A program made the position numbers and the translations under genes. Shown one piece after another: positions 48,168 to 59,963 of a stretch of DNA of 64,000 nucleotides. Numbering within the stretch: the first letter of the stretch is position 1; each line of letters opens with the position of its first letter. The DNA is from Alphaproteobacteria bacterium (GTDB lineage: Bacteria > Pseudomonadota > Alphaproteobacteria > JAQWUY01): the NCBI GenBank assembly GCA_029250225.1, contig JAQWUY010000010.1:5209-69208 (forward strand), read 5' to 3'. A model generated the notes under the pieces. That model was not told the origin of the DNA. It ran no database searches and saw nothing but the letters and a program-made list of their open reading frames with translations.

Positions 48168-49206
48168 TTTCTTCTCCTATTGCTTTTGATAATAATGGCG
48201 GAACGGCATTTCCAATTTGTTTACAAATTTCTGTTTTTTTACCATAAAAAATAAAGCTATCATTAAAACTTTGTATTCTAGCAGCCTCGCGCATAGTTAT
48301 AGATCTGTTTAAAAATGGATGAGAGTTTTTACCATTTGATGGTGTGTCAAATCTTGTATCAATAGTTGGAGAAGGTTTATCCCACTCTAATCTACCCCAA
48401 GTAGTCGAAAATTTTTGTTTTCCGTGCATTTCAATTGGTAAAAACTCTTTTCCTTTTTCGGGAGGAATCATAGATAATTTTTCTAATGCTACATTAGAGT
48501 GATTAGTTGCAATGTGATTATATAAATATTCACTGTCTTTTAATTGTTCTTGATATTTTGAACTAGTTTCTTTTTTATAATCTTGCTTAAACTCACCTTC
48601 ACCTGATTTTAAAAAAGCTAAATCGTATATTGCATCTTTCACAGTTTTAATTTCTTTAATTTTATTAGGTGAAATTTTATCTATTTTTTTCTTAGTTACA
48701 ATTATTATTGCTCTATATCTATTTTGTGGAACACCAAAATCGACAGCATTAAAGACATCATATTGAATATTGTAACCTAATTTCTTACATTTCCTCTCTA
48801 TTTGGGAAATAAAAAAACCATCTGAACTAGTTAGTAACTCTTTAACATTTTCAATCACAAAAATTTCAGGAGATATTTTTTCTACAAAATTAAAATACTC
48901 CATAAAAAGGTAGTTTCTTTCATCTTCTAACCCTCTTTTTTTTCCTTTTAAGCTAAAACCTTGGCAAGGTGGCCCTCCAATAATCATATTTATTTTATTT
49001 TCTTTTGCTAATTCAATTATGCTATTAAATTGTTTTTTATTTTTAACATCAGCTTCTATTGTATATGAATCTGGAAAATTAGTGGCAAAAGTTTTTAGCG
49101 CATCAGTATTAAAATCAACACCTATTTTAGTTTCAAATTGTTTTACAGATTCAAAACCATATGACATACCTCCGCAACCACAAAATAAGTCTAATATCTT
49201 AAACAT
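48142..49206 (-). CDS. C5-cytosine DNA methyltransferase
   Basis: DLFCGCGG, GGPPCQGFS, ENV, PQNRYR, REAARIQSF, QIGNAVPP. Start set at ATG 49206. Confidence 0.95.
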   Translation of the reverse strand: MFKILDLFCGCGGMSYGFESVKQFETKIGVDFNTDALKTFATNFPDSYTIEADVKNKKQFNSIIELAKENKINMIIGGPPCQGFSLKGKKRGLEDERNYLFMEYFNFVEKISPEIFVIENVKELLTSSDGFFISQIERKCKKLGYNIQYDVFNAVDFGVPQNRYRAIIIVTKKKIDKISPNKIKEIKTVKDAIYDLAFLKSGEGEFKQDYKKETSSKYQEQLKDSEYLYNHIATNHSNVALEKLSMIPPEKGKEFLPIEMHGKQKFSTTWGRLEWDKPSPTIDTRFDTPSNGKNSHPFLNRSITMREAARIQSFNDSFIFYGKKTEICKQIGNAVPPLLSKAIGEEIARKFLKL

Positions 49207-49400
49207 TCTAATTCCCATAATACTATTTATAGCACAATATACTATTAGAAATAAAGTATCAAAATAAATTATGTATTTATTTTGATAATATAATTCTGTC
49301 AATAAAAAATAATTTTAATTACTATAAAATCAAGATAATGTGAACGAAGACTAGATATAACTAGGCGAGCAAACATTATCTCGATAATATTCAATTAAAA

Positions 49401-51506
49401 TTATTTTTCTTTACCTGTTTTTTGGTCAACAGCTTTCATAGATAATTTAACTTTACCGCGTTCGAAACCAATACATTTTACGAAAACTTCATCGCCTTCT
49501 CTTACAACATCAGTTGTGTTTTCTGTACGAGAATTTTGTAATTCAGAAATATGTACTAAGCCATCACTATTAGGTAAGAAATTAACAAATGCACCAAAAT
49601 CCATACATTTAACAACTTTACCTTTATAAATAGCGCCTACTTCTGGTTCAGCAACTATATCTTCAACCCAACTACGAGCTTTCTTCAATGAATTACCATC
49701 AACAGCTGAAATACGAATTGTACCATCTTCTTCAATATCGATTTTTGCACCTGTTGTTTCAGTAATCTCACGAATTACCTTACCACCAGAACCAATTACT
49801 TCACGAATTTTATCGACTTTAATTTTGAATGTTTCCATTTTTGGTGCATAATCTGATACTTCTGTGCTAGCCGTTGAAATTGTTTTTTCCATTTCACCCA
49901 ATATATGATTACGACCATCTTTTGCTTGTTCAAGAGCTGTTTTCATAATATCGAATGTTATAGATGTAATTTTGATATCCATTTGTAATGCAGTAATACC
50001 ATCTTTTGTACCAGCTACTTTAAAGTCCATATCACCTAAGTGGTCTTCATCGCCCATAATATCAGATAATACAGCAAAATCATCACCTTCTTTAATCAAT
50101 CCCATAGCAATACCGGCACAAGGTTGTTTCAATGGAACACCTGCATCCATTAATGACATAGATGAACCACAAACCGAAGCCATAGAAGAAGAACCATTAG
50201 ATTCAGTTATTTCAGATACTACACGAATAGTATAAGGGAAATCTTCTTTGTTTGGCATTAATGGATTAATTGCACGCCACGCTAGTTTACCGTGACCAAT
50301 TTCACGACGACCTGTTGAACCCATTCTACCAACTTCACCAACAGAATAAGGCGGGAAATTGTAATGTAACATAAATGCTTCTTTTGCTAAACCGTCAAGA
50401 CTATCAACCATTTGCTCATCAACAGAAGTTCCAAGTGTTGCAACAACTAAAGCTTGAGTTTCTCCGCGGGTAAACAAAGAAGAACCGTGTGTACGCTTTA
50501 ACAAGCCCGTTTCTGTTTCTATTTGACGAACATCTGATAAACCGCGTCCATCAATTCGTTTTGATGTAGATAATATGTTACCGCGAACAATATCTGCTTC
50601 TATTTTTTTAAGCATTCCACCAACTTTTACGAAGCTAATTTCTTCACCGAATTTTTCTTCAATTGCTGTAATTGCATTTTCTTTTGCTAAACTAATTGCA
50701 GAAACTCTTTCTTGTTTACTAACTATTTTGTATGCTTTTTCTAAGTCAGCTTTTACAATTTTTTCTAGTTCAGCTTTTACATCTGCTTCCCAAGATTCAG
50801 ATTCTGGTAATTCCCATTTTTCTTTTGATGCTTCTTTGGCAAAATCGTTAATTAAATCAATAATATCTTGATATGCTTTTGCTCCAAATTCAACTGCACC
50901 TAACATAATTTCTTCTGATAGTTGAGATGCTTCAGATTCAACCATCAAAACACCTTCTTTTGTACCTGCTACGACTAAGTCAAGGTCAAGTCCCGCAATT
51001 TCTTTCATTGCTGGGTTAAGTATGTAATCACCGCCTTTGTAGCCAACCCTAGCACATCCAACCGGTCCCATAAATGGAACACCAGAAATAGAAAGGGCTG
51101 CCGATACACCAATCATAGCTGTAACATCAGATTCATTTTCTAAATCGTGCTCAATAACTGTTGCAACAACTTGTGTTTCATTTTTGAACTTTTCACCAAA
51201 CAACGGGCGAATTGGTCTATCAATTAATCTTGAAATTAATGTTTCTCTTTCAGTTGGTCTTGCTTCGCGACGGAAAAATCCACCTGGTATTTTACCAGAT
51301 GCATAGTATTTTTCCTGATAATTAACAGTTAGTGGAAAAAAATCAACATCTGGATTTGCAGTCTTTGCAGATGTTGCATTACACATAACAGTAGTTCCAC
51401 CATAAGTAACAATAACTGAACCACCAGCTTGACGGGCGATTTTACCAGTTTCAATTGTTAATGTTTTACCACCCCATTCAATAGATTTTTTTACAATATT
51501 AAACAT
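49401..51506 (-). CDS. pnp: Polyribonucleotide nucleotidyltransferase
   Basis: [44 protein letters not shown], followed by KH and S1 domains. Confidence 0.98.
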   Translation of the reverse strand: MFNIVKKSIEWGGKTLTIETGKIARQAGGSVIVTYGGTTVMCNATSAKTANPDVDFFPLTVNYQEKYYASGKIPGGFFRREARPTERETLISRLIDRPIRPLFGEKFKNETQVVATVIEHDLENESDVTAMIGVSAALSISGVPFMGPVGCARVGYKGGDYILNPAMKEIAGLDLDLVVAGTKEGVLMVESEASQLSEEIMLGAVEFGAKAYQDIIDLINDFAKEASKEKWELPESESWEADVKAELEKIVKADLEKAYKIVSKQERVSAISLAKENAITAIEEKFGEEISFVKVGGMLKKIEADIVRGNILSTSKRIDGRGLSDVRQIETETGLLKRTHGSSLFTRGETQALVVATLGTSVDEQMVDSLDGLAKEAFMLHYNFPPYSVGEVGRMGSTGRREIGHGKLAWRAINPLMPNKEDFPYTIRVVSEITESNGSSSMASVCGSSMSLMDAGVPLKQPCAGIAMGLIKEGDDFAVLSDIMGDEDHLGDMDFKVAGTKDGITALQMDIKITSITFDIMKTALEQAKDGRNHILGEMEKTISTASTEVSDYAPKMETFKIKVDKIREVIGSGGKVIREITETTGAKIDIEEDGTIRISAVDGNSLKKARSWVEDIVAEPEVGAIYKGKVVKCMDFGAFVNFLPNSDGLVHISELQNSRTENTTDVVREGDEVFVKCIGFERGKVKLSMKAVDQKTGKEK

Positions 51507-51677
51507 ATTTTTTTTATTCCTTTTTTGTCTTGTCGCAGAATCCATTTCCACGATTTTTTTCTAATCTTTAATCCTATTATAGATTTCCAAATGATAGATA
51601 CCACAAAACAACAAAAAAAGCCAATTTAAAAACAATAAGTTTCAATATTATTTATGGATTATAATAAATGAAAAATT

Positions 51678-51710
51678 AAACCCAATGAAATATAAAAAAT
51701 CATTGGGTTT
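51678..51710 (-). terminator. Hairpin between rpsO and pnp
   Basis: 11-bp inverted repeat AAACCCAATGA...TCATTGGGTTT. Confidence 0.65.
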
Positions 51711-51736
51711 AAAAGTTAGTAGATTTAAATCAAATC

Positions 51737-52006
51737 TTATCGGCGTAAACCTAATTTTTTGATTAAATCTTGGTAACGAGTTTCAGATTTCTTTTTAAGA
51801 TAACCTAATAAACTACGGCGTTGACCTACCATAGATAATAATCCACGACGAGAGTGGAAATCTTTGTGGTTTTCTTTCATATGTTCTGTAATTGCATTAA
51901 TTCGATGCGTTAAGATAGCAACTTGTACTTCTGGTGAACCAGTATCATTTTCTGCTTTACCAAATTCTTTAACAATTTCAGCCTTTTTTTCTGTTGTAAT
52001 AGACAT
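51737..52006 (-). CDS. rpsO: 30S ribosomal protein S15
   Basis: [28 protein letters not shown]. Confidence 0.98.
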   Translation of the reverse strand: MSITTEKKAEIVKEFGKAENDTGSPEVQVAILTHRINAITEHMKENHKDFHSRRGLLSMVGQRRSLLGYLKKKSETRYQDLIKKLGLRR

Positions 52007-52007
52007 T

Positions 52008-52940
52008 TCAATTTTCCTTTTTCAGTACCGGTTTATTAAATACCCTTACTGGTTTTAACATTCCATCAACAACACGACCAAATCCGTATATGTGTGTAGT
52101 TGTTGAAATTACTAACAAATCATAGTTAGCATATTCAGCAAGGTGCGAACCACCAAAAGATTGTCCAGATTGAAACTTTCCAGCCTTCTTGTCCGCGACA
52201 GTCAACACCGGGATACCGTCCAGCGAAGACTCTATTGATAATACTAAATCATCAATTTCAGTGTATTTATGCGTTATTTCTTGGAATTTTGCAAGCGTTA
52301 ATGCATTTTTTAAGTCATAAACACCAACGCGAGTTCTGCGAAGTGAAGTCAAATAACCAACACTACCTAGTGATTTTGCGATATCTGCACCAAGAGTACG
52401 AACATAAGTTCCCTTGCCACAAATTACCTTGAAAACCGCTGATTTGCTTGATTCCCACTCTATAAACTGTAAATCTTTTATTAAAACTTTTCGTTCTGGG
52501 ATATCGAAATCTTGACCTTGTCTTGCCAAATCATAGGCTCTTTTACCATCGATTTTTATAGCACTGTATGCAGGTGGAATCTGAGTTATTTCGCCAATAA
52601 ATCTTGGTAATATGTCTAAAATCTGCTGTTTTGTTGGAATCATATCACTGGTTTGTGTGACTATTCCTTCTGTATCCAAGGTATCTGTTGTTTTTCCAAA
52701 TTCAAGTGTAAAAACATATTCTTTTTCCGCATCTTGAATAAATTGTATTGTTTTAGTACCAAGTCCCAAAGCAATAGGTAAAATACCGCTAGCAAACGGG
52801 TCAAGAGTGCCGGCGTGTCCAACTTTTTGTGCATTTAATGACTTTTTGACTTTTGAAACAACAGGAGTTGAGCCTATACCCACAGGTTTATCTATTATTA
52901 CCCAACCATCGATGGCAACAACTTTTGTATTTTTACCCAT
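52008..52940 (-). CDS. truB: tRNA pseudouridine(55) synthase
   Basis: [44 protein letters not shown]. Confidence 0.97.
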   Translation of the reverse strand: MGKNTKVVAIDGWVIIDKPVGIGSTPVVSKVKKSLNAQKVGHAGTLDPFASGILPIALGLGTKTIQFIQDAEKEYVFTLEFGKTTDTLDTEGIVTQTSDMIPTKQQILDILPRFIGEITQIPPAYSAIKIDGKRAYDLARQGQDFDIPERKVLIKDLQFIEWESSKSAVFKVICGKGTYVRTLGADIAKSLGSVGYLTSLRRTRVGVYDLKNALTLAKFQEITHKYTEIDDLVLSIESSLDGIPVLTVADKKAGKFQSGQSFGGSHLAEYANYDLLVISTTTHIYGFGRVVDGMLKPVRVFNKPVLKKEN

Positions 52941-52945
52941 TGGTA

Positions 52946-53326
52946 TTAATCTTCACGGTTTTTAGTTTTATTTAACAAATGAGTTATTTCTTGGGCATAA
53001 TCAAAAGATTTATCTAGCTTAAAAACAATTTTTGGATGAACTCGTAAATCAATAGTTTTTGCTACATAATGTTTAAATTGATTGGCATTACGATTTAATG
53101 CGAATATTATTCTTTCGCCATCATCTTGACCTAATGCTATTGCATAAACAACAGCATTACGCAAATCAGGCGATATAGAAACTTCTGTAACAGAAACTAC
53201 AATACCCTTTAAATCATCATCATACAAATCACCACGAAAAATCATATCACTAATTGCTTGGCGAACTTGTTCACCTACTCTTAGTTGGCGTTGCGATGGT
53301 GGTTTTCCAGCTCTATTTTTTGTCAT
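52946..53326 (-). CDS. rbfA: Ribosome-binding factor A
   Basis: RQLRVGEQVR, VTEVSISPDLRNAVVY, P...FKLDKSFD. Confidence 0.95.
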   Translation of the reverse strand: MTKNRAGKPPSQRQLRVGEQVRQAISDMIFRGDLYDDDLKGIVVSVTEVSISPDLRNAVVYAIALGQDDGERIIFALNRNANQFKHYVAKTIDLRVHPKIVFKLDKSFDYAQEITHLLNKTKNRED

Positions 53327-53330
53327 TTAA

Positions 53331-55739
53331 TTATATTTGTCGTTGTTTTTCAACTTTTTCAAAGCATTCAACAACATCACCTTCTTTAATATCGTCATAA
53401 TTTTCAAACATCATACCACATTCGTAATTTTGTTTTACTTCTTTGGCATCATTTTTTTCACGTTTTAATTGTTTTAATGAACCTTCGTAAATAACAACAT
53501 CATCTCGTAACAAGCGAACACCAGCCCCTCGTTTTACGATACCACTATTTACATAACAACCGGCAATATTACCAAGTTTTGTTACTTTAAATACTTGGCG
53601 AATTTCAGCATAACCTATCAAGTTTTCACTAATTTCTGGTGCTAACATACCACTAAGCATTTGTTTTACATCATCAATCAAATCATAAATAATTGAATAA
53701 TATCTTAAATCTTGATTATTCTTTTCAGCTAAATCACGAGCCTGAGAATTAGCACGAACATTAAAACCAAATATCAAGCCATTCATTGATGAAGCCAAAC
53801 TAACATCTGACTCTGTTATACCACCTGTACCTGAATGAACAACATTTACTTTTATTTCATCATTATCAAATTTTGAAACCGAGCTTTTTATTGCTTCAAC
53901 CGAACCTTGAGTATCAGCCTTAATAATAATTGGCAATTCTTTGATTTGACCTTGCTTGATTTGAGCAAATATATCGTCTATTGAACCTTTACTAGCAGAA
54001 ACAATATTTTTTTCTTCTAGTTCTTTTTTAATACGATATTCTGTAATTTGTCTAGCCTGTGCTTCATTTTCAACAACAACAAATTCATCACCTGCTTGCG
54101 GTGCACCGTTCCAACCAAGTACCTCTACTGGTAAAGATGGGCCTGCATCTTTTTGGTTTTTACCTTTATCATTGATAATAGATCTAACACGACCCCACTG
54201 TGTACCGGCAACAAAAATTTGTCCATTTCTTAATGTACCTTTTTGAATTAAAACAGTTGCAACAGAACCACGACCTTTTTCCATTTTTGCTTCCACAATG
54301 TGTCCGCGAGGATTTGCATTTGGATTTGCTTTTAATTCCAATAAATCAGATTGTAACAAGATAGCTTCTTCTAACTTATCAAGGTTTTTACGAAGTTTTG
54401 CTGACACTTCAACTGCCAACACTTCACCACCGAAATGTTCAGTTTGCACACTGTGTTCTAATAGTTGTGTTTGGACTTTTTGTGCATCTGCTCCTTCTAC
54501 ATCAATTTTATTGATTGCTACAATAATAGGAACATTTGCAGCTTGTGCGTGATTAATTGCCTCTATCGTTTGTGGCATAATACCATCATTGGCGGCAACA
54601 ACAAGTACAACTATATCAGTAACATTCGCACCCCTTTGACGCATTTGCGTAAATGCTTCGTGACCTGGTGTATCCAAGAAAGAAATTGAACGCCCATTCG
54701 ATAGTGTAACATTATAGGCACCTATGTGTTGAGTAATTCCACCAGCTTCACCACTCACAACATCAGTTTCCCTTAGTGCATCAAGTAATGAAGTTTTACC
54801 GTGGTCAACATGACCCATAATTGTTACAACTGGCGCACGAGTTTCTAGTGTTTCAGGTGCATCATTTTCATCACTTATCAAAATATCTTCTACATCACTT
54901 TCAGAAACGCGTGTAAATTTATGTCCGAATTCACTAACGATTAATTCAGCAGTATCAGCATCAATTTGTTGGATTGAATTTGCCATAATTCCCAATTTCA
55001 TTAATTCTTTAATTACATCAGCTGTTCTTTCAGCCATTCTGTTAGCTAAATCACCGACTGTAATAGTTTCAGGAATAACAACTTCGCGAACAATTTTTTC
55101 TTTGCTCATTAATGCCTCACGAGCTTTAATTTTTTCTTTTTCACGGCGACGACGTACACTTGCAAGTGATGGACCCGCTGGTGTATCAAAATTTTCATCT
55201 GATTCAGTTAGTGCATCAGCAACTGTAAACTTAGTTTTTTGACGGCGTTCTGGTTCACCTTTTCTAGCTTTTTTCGGAGCTTTGAATTTTTCTTTTTCCT
55301 TTTCAACGCTATCTTTGGTGTTTTTAACAACAGGATTTACAACAGGCGGTGAAACATTATTGCTTTCAGCCGGTTTATCTGATGATGTTTTTTGTTCAAC
55401 AGATTTTTTAACTGTTTCTGTTTCTTTTTGACGGCGTTCTGCCATTTCTTTGCGTTTATCTGCTTCTTCTTTAAGCCTTGTTTGTTCTTGTGAACGGATT
55501 ACAGCATCTTCCGCATCTTTTCTTAATTTTTTAGAAACATCACCTGCATTTTCTAATATTTTCATTTTTCTTTTAATATCAGAATTATTTTTTTTATCTT
55601 CGTTTCCAGTATTTTTGATCGGAGATGTTTTTTTAACACCCAATCCGCCAATAGTTATAGGTTTTTTGGCAATAGGTTTGCCACCTATTGTCCTACCACC
55701 TATTGACAATGGTTTTTTTATATTTTTATCATCACTCAT
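53331..55739 (-). CDS. infB: Translation initiation factor IF-2
   Basis: MGHVDHGKTSLLD, GGITQHIGAY, DTPGHEAF, NKID. Confidence 0.98.
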   Translation of the reverse strand: MSDDKNIKKPLSIGGRTIGGKPIAKKPITIGGLGVKKTSPIKNTGNEDKKNNSDIKRKMKILENAGDVSKKLRKDAEDAVIRSQEQTRLKEEADKRKEMAERRQKETETVKKSVEQKTSSDKPAESNNVSPPVVNPVVKNTKDSVEKEKEKFKAPKKARKGEPERRQKTKFTVADALTESDENFDTPAGPSLASVRRRREKEKIKAREALMSKEKIVREVVIPETITVGDLANRMAERTADVIKELMKLGIMANSIQQIDADTAELIVSEFGHKFTRVSESDVEDILISDENDAPETLETRAPVVTIMGHVDHGKTSLLDALRETDVVSGEAGGITQHIGAYNVTLSNGRSISFLDTPGHEAFTQMRQRGANVTDIVVLVVAANDGIMPQTIEAINHAQAANVPIIVAINKIDVEGADAQKVQTQLLEHSVQTEHFGGEVLAVEVSAKLRKNLDKLEEAILLQSDLLELKANPNANPRGHIVEAKMEKGRGSVATVLIQKGTLRNGQIFVAGTQWGRVRSIINDKGKNQKDAGPSLPVEVLGWNGAPQAGDEFVVVENEAQARQITEYRIKKELEEKNIVSASKGSIDDIFAQIKQGQIKELPIIIKADTQGSVEAIKSSVSKFDNDEIKVNVVHSGTGGITESDVSLASSMNGLIFGFNVRANSQARDLAEKNNQDLRYYSIIYDLIDDVKQMLSGMLAPEISENLIGYAEIRQVFKVTKLGNIAGCYVNSGIVKRGAGVRLLRDDVVIYEGSLKQLKREKNDAKEVKQNYECGMMFENYDDIKEGDVVECFEKVEKQRQI

Positions 55740-56323
55740 TAACATTCTCCATCAAAGTACATTTTTAATCTTATCATCTCTATATTTAGTATATCTGATA
55801 TACCACACTTTTTTATTCCTGCATAGGTGACATTTTCACTAGCAAAAACTTTGTTTAATTCCTGTTTTTTCAAAAAAGTGTAAAATGGTAATTCAAACAT
55901 TCTACACATACCAGAAATTTTATTTTTCCCATCACTGTCATCACTAGCACAAATAACCAAAGCGCATTTTTGTGACTTTAATAGTTCTTTTACCTTCTCA
56001 AAACCATTTATTGCCATACCTGAACGCCTTGCCAAGGAAATTATTTCAAAAATTCTTTTTCTTAACATAACTTCACAGGTATTTACCAAGTCTTGTTTTA
56101 CAACAACCGATTTCTTAGCCGACTTAGAAAAAATATTCTTTTCGACAGCTTGTGTAATTAATTCTTTGTTACAATCAACCCACATTCCTCGACCTGGTAA
56201 ATTTCCCTTTATATCAACAACAACATTATTATTAGGGTCAACAACAAACCTAATCATATGTTTTTTAAGTTTAATATTACGACTTACAATACAACAGCGT
56301 TTTAATTCCTCTGTTTTTTTCAT
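55739..56323 (-). CDS. YlxR/DUF448 plus L7Ae-like RNA-binding protein
   Basis: RCCIVSR, MIRFVVDP, LPGRGMWV, LARRSG...GFEKV. Lies between nusA and infB. Confidence 0.9.
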   Translation of the reverse strand: MKKTEELKRCCIVSRNIKLKKHMIRFVVDPNNNVVVDIKGNLPGRGMWVDCNKELITQAVEKNIFSKSAKKSVVVKQDLVNTCEVMLRKRIFEIISLARRSGMAINGFEKVKELLKSQKCALVICASDDSDGKNKISGMCRMFELPFYTFLKKQELNKVFASENVTYAGIKKCGISDILNIEMIRLKMYFDGEC

Positions 56324-56361
56324 ATTTTTTCCTAAATAATAATATTTAGTTAGAACATAAA

Positions 56362-57888
56362 CTATTCTTCGCCTTGCTCGTCCTCGTCAAACCAACCAGC
56401 ACTTTGTCTTGCTTGCAATATAATATTAGCAGATTCATCTTCTGTAATACCTAGTTCAGCCAAGAACTCAGTAAGTTCATCTGATGATAAGTCAGCTAAA
56501 TCATCTAGTGTTTTAATATCATTTTCTGCTAGCTTAACAATAGCAATACCGCCACCTAAGAAATCAACAAGATCTTGCTCAACATTTAATTCATTAATTG
56601 TTTTTTCAACTTGTTTAGTTTCATTTTCTATGTGTTTTTTAGCATTTTCTTGTAACGATTTAGCTGTTGCTTCATTAATGCCTTCTATTTCCATTAATTC
56701 TTCAACTGTTATTACAGCAAATTCTTCGACAGAAGTGAAACCTTCTTTTACTAATAATAAAGCCATAACATCGTCAACACCAAGTATAGTTTTAAATATT
56801 TCAGAACGAACCTTATATTTTTCTTCATTACGCTTTTGAGATTCTTGCTCGGTAATAAGATCTAGATCCATTTTCAACATTTTACTTGCCAAACGAACAT
56901 TTTGCCCACGGCGTCCAATAGCTAATGATAATTGACTTTCATCTACAACTACTTCTACTTTTTCACTAGCATCATCAATAATTACCTGTGAAACTTGTGC
57001 TGGTTGTAAAGCTTTTTTCACCAACGATTCAGTAGCTTCAGTGTATTCAATAATATCAATTTTTTCACCTATTAATTCTGATACTACTTGTTGAACTCTC
57101 GAACCACGCATACCAACACACGAACCAACAGGATCCATTCCAGCTTCATTTGCTCGCACACAAATTTTAGCACGACTTCCTGGGTCTCTTGCAACAGATA
57201 ATATTTCTATTGCTCCTTCTTCTATTTCAGGAACTTCTTGACGGAATAAAGCCACCAAAAATTCTGGATGCGTTCTAGATACAAAAATCTGCGGGCCTCT
57301 TTGTTCACGGCGAACATCATATAAATATGCACGCACATTATCACCACGGCGTAGGTTTTCTCGTCCTATGCTTTCATCACGAGTCATAACAGCCTCTGCC
57401 ATACCTAAGTCTATAGTAATATTATTATATTCAACTCGCTTAACCGTACCTGAAACAATTTCACCTACACGGTCTTTGTAATCATTGTATTGCTTATCTC
57501 GCTCTGCATCACGGACTTTTTGTACGATTACTTGTTTTGCTGTTTGTGCTGCAATTCTTCCGAATTCAATTGGTGGTAATTCATCAATAATGAATTCACC
57601 AACATTTAAATTAGGGTGTGAAACTTTTGCACCTGCAAGAGTAATTTGTGTCATATCATTTTCTATGTCATCTTCGGTAGCAACAATTTCCGTATATCTT
57701 GCTAGGTCAACATAACCATTTTCACGATTAATTTTTGCACGAATATCAAATTCTAACCCGTACTTAGATGTTGCTGCCCTTTGAATTGCTGATTCAAGAG
57801 CCTCTATGACTTGTGATACTTCAATACCTTTTTCACGAGCAACTGTACTAGCTATCGTAAGCATATCTGTGCGATTTGAATGTTCCAT
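56362..57888 (-). CDS. nusA: Transcription termination/antitermination factor NusA
   Basis: FGRIAAQTAKQVI, SRTHPEF, ARDPGSRAKI, LAIGRRGQNVRLAS. Confidence 0.98.
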   Translation of the reverse strand: MEHSNRTDMLTIASTVAREKGIEVSQVIEALESAIQRAATSKYGLEFDIRAKINRENGYVDLARYTEIVATEDDIENDMTQITLAGAKVSHPNLNVGEFIIDELPPIEFGRIAAQTAKQVIVQKVRDAERDKQYNDYKDRVGEIVSGTVKRVEYNNITIDLGMAEAVMTRDESIGRENLRRGDNVRAYLYDVRREQRGPQIFVSRTHPEFLVALFRQEVPEIEEGAIEILSVARDPGSRAKICVRANEAGMDPVGSCVGMRGSRVQQVVSELIGEKIDIIEYTEATESLVKKALQPAQVSQVIIDDASEKVEVVVDESQLSLAIGRRGQNVRLASKMLKMDLDLITEQESQKRNEEKYKVRSEIFKTILGVDDVMALLLVKEGFTSVEEFAVITVEELMEIEGINEATAKSLQENAKKHIENETKQVEKTINELNVEQDLVDFLGGGIAIVKLAENDIKTLDDLADLSSDELTEFLAELGITEDESANIILQARQSAGWFDEDEQGEE

Positions 57889-57915
57889 TTTCAACTCCTT
57901 TTAGTTTTTATACTA

Positions 57916-58425
57916 CTATTTATTTATAGCTTCTACTTCTTGGCTACAAAATTTAATTAATTCATCAGTTAGAATAAGTTTTGCGAAAAATATGTTATTA
58001 AAATCAATATTTTCACTATTATTATCAACAACTAATGTAATTACATCATTATCAATTCCTTCAATAATTCCACGATAACGACGGCGACCTGTTTCAGTTT
58101 GTGTTTTTAATTCAACTTTAACCTCAAAACCAACAAATTTTTCCCAATCTTGGTGACGAACCAAAGGGCGGTCAATACCTGGTGTTGATACTTCCAAGTT
58201 ATAAGCTGTTTGAATAGGATCTTCAACATCTAAAATTGCTGAAATGCTACGCGATGCATTTTCACAATCATTTACATCAACCGGAGTCCCATCTAAGCGA
58301 TCAACCATTATTTGTAAAACCTTGTCATCACCACCCATAATACGGATACTTACAACCCACAAACCAATGTCAGTAAGGGTTGGCGATATTAAGTTTTTTA
58401 TTTTTTCATTAATTGTACTCATCAT
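57916..58425 (-). CDS. rimP: Ribosome maturation factor RimP
   Basis: DCENASRSISAILDVEDPI, YNLEVSTPGIDRPL. Confidence 0.96.
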   Translation of the reverse strand: MMSTINEKIKNLISPTLTDIGLWVVSIRIMGGDDKVLQIMVDRLDGTPVDVNDCENASRSISAILDVEDPIQTAYNLEVSTPGIDRPLVRHQDWEKFVGFEVKVELKTQTETGRRRYRGIIEGIDNDVITLVVDNNSENIDFNNIFFAKLILTDELIKFCSQEVEAINK

Positions 58426-58434
58426 TATCTCACT

Positions 58435-58467
58435 AAAAAAGGCGGATTTGAGAACAAATCCACCCTT
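58435..58467 (-). terminator. rimP leader terminator hairpin (probable NusA autoregulation site)
   Basis: Minus strand GGTGGATTTG-TTCT-CAAATCCGCC-TTTTTT just before the rimP start, downstream of TTGACT-17 nt-TAATAT (58520-58492). Confidence 0.78.
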
Positions 58468-58547
58468 AAAATTCATTATTAAGTTGATAAAATATTAATA
58501 TAATTCTAGTATAAAGTCAAGGGAATATATAATATAAGTGGAATAAA

Positions 58548-59936
58548 ATGACAAAAAGTATAATTTGGTTTAGAAACGATTTAAGAATAAAAGATAACCC
58601 TGCTTTGCACGATGCAGTGAAAAATGGGGAAATATTAGCTATATATATCTATGATAGTAATGAATCCATAGGCCAAGCATCTAAATATTGGTTACATAAC
58701 TCCTTAAAATCGTTAAATAAGGATTTGAATAATAAATTAAATGTTTATTCAGGTAAGCCCTTACAAATATTAAATAAATTAATTAAAAAATTTGATATAA
58801 CAAACATTTATTGGAATAGGTGTTATGACCCATATTCCATTAAGCGAGATAGTGAAATAAAAACAAAAATTAAAAAACAAGAAATAGAAATTAAAAGTTA
58901 TAACGGATCGTTATTATTTGAACCTTGGGAGATTAAAAAGGGTAATAATGATTTTTACAAAATATTTACACCGTTTTACAAAAGTTGTATTACTAATATT
59001 TTACAGCCAAATCCCCCTATCAAAAATAAAACTCCAAAAAAATATATAAATGATAAAAATAGTTTAAATATTGATGATTTAAAATTATTGCCAAAAAAAG
59101 ATTGGTATAAAAAATTCGATAAAATATGGAATATTAGCGAAAAATCAGCCCACAAAAAACTTGATAGCTTTATAAAAAACAAATTAAGTAATTATAAAAA
59201 TGGGCGAGACTTTCCCGCATTGAATAATGTCTCGGAATTATCACCATACTTACATTTTGGGCTAATATCGCCACACCAAGTATTTCACAAGATAAATAGT
59301 TTACGAAAAAGTGAACAAACAGAACATTTTATACGAGAATTAATTTGGCGTGAATTTTCTTATTATCAATTATATCACCAACCACAAATAATTAATAGAA
59401 ATCTGCGCCCAAAATTTAATAATTTTAAGTGGGCTAATAGCGATAAATTATTGCAATCTTGGCAACAAGGAAAAACTGGAATTCCAATAGTTGATGCCGG
59501 TATGCGTCAATTATGGCAAACTGGATATATGCATAATCGTGTGCGAATGATTGTCGGTTCTTTCCTAGTAAAAAATCTAAGATTACATTGGAAGCACGGT
59601 GCTGAATGGTTTTATGACAAATTACTTGATGCCGATATTGCAAGTAATAGTGCATCTTGGCAATGGGTAGCTGGGACTGGTATAGATTCATCACCTTATT
59701 TCAGAATATTTAATCCAATCACACAATCACAGAAATTTGATAAAGATGGTGAATATATTCGCAAGTATGTTCCTGAACTATCAAAGATACCAAATAAATA
59801 CTTATTTGAGCCATACATTACCCCAGATGATATTTTAAAAAAATGTAATATAAAAATGGGTGAAACATACCCAATGCCGGTCGTAGATTTAAAAGAATCT
59901 AGAAAAAAAGCATTGGATTGCTTTAAAAAATTATAA
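58548..59936 (+). CDS. phrB: Deoxyribodipyrimidine photolyase
   Basis: WFRNDLRIKDNPAL, FTPFY, SELSPYLHFG, RELIWREF, TGIPIVDAGMRQLWQTGYMHNRVRM, WQWVAG, YFRIFNP. Confidence 0.93.
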   Translation: MTKSIIWFRNDLRIKDNPALHDAVKNGEILAIYIYDSNESIGQASKYWLHNSLKSLNKDLNNKLNVYSGKPLQILNKLIKKFDITNIYWNRCYDPYSIKRDSEIKTKIKKQEIEIKSYNGSLLFEPWEIKKGNNDFYKIFTPFYKSCITNILQPNPPIKNKTPKKYINDKNSLNIDDLKLLPKKDWYKKFDKIWNISEKSAHKKLDSFIKNKLSNYKNGRDFPALNNVSELSPYLHFGLISPHQVFHKINSLRKSEQTEHFIRELIWREFSYYQLYHQPQIINRNLRPKFNNFKWANSDKLLQSWQQGKTGIPIVDAGMRQLWQTGYMHNRVRMIVGSFLVKNLRLHWKHGAEWFYDKLLDADIASNSASWQWVAGTGIDSSPYFRIFNPITQSQKFDKDGEYIRKYVPELSKIPNKYLFEPYITPDDILKKCNIKMGETYPMPVVDLKESRKKALDCFKKL

Positions 59937-59963
59937 ATAATAAGATATTTAAACCTAATTTAT

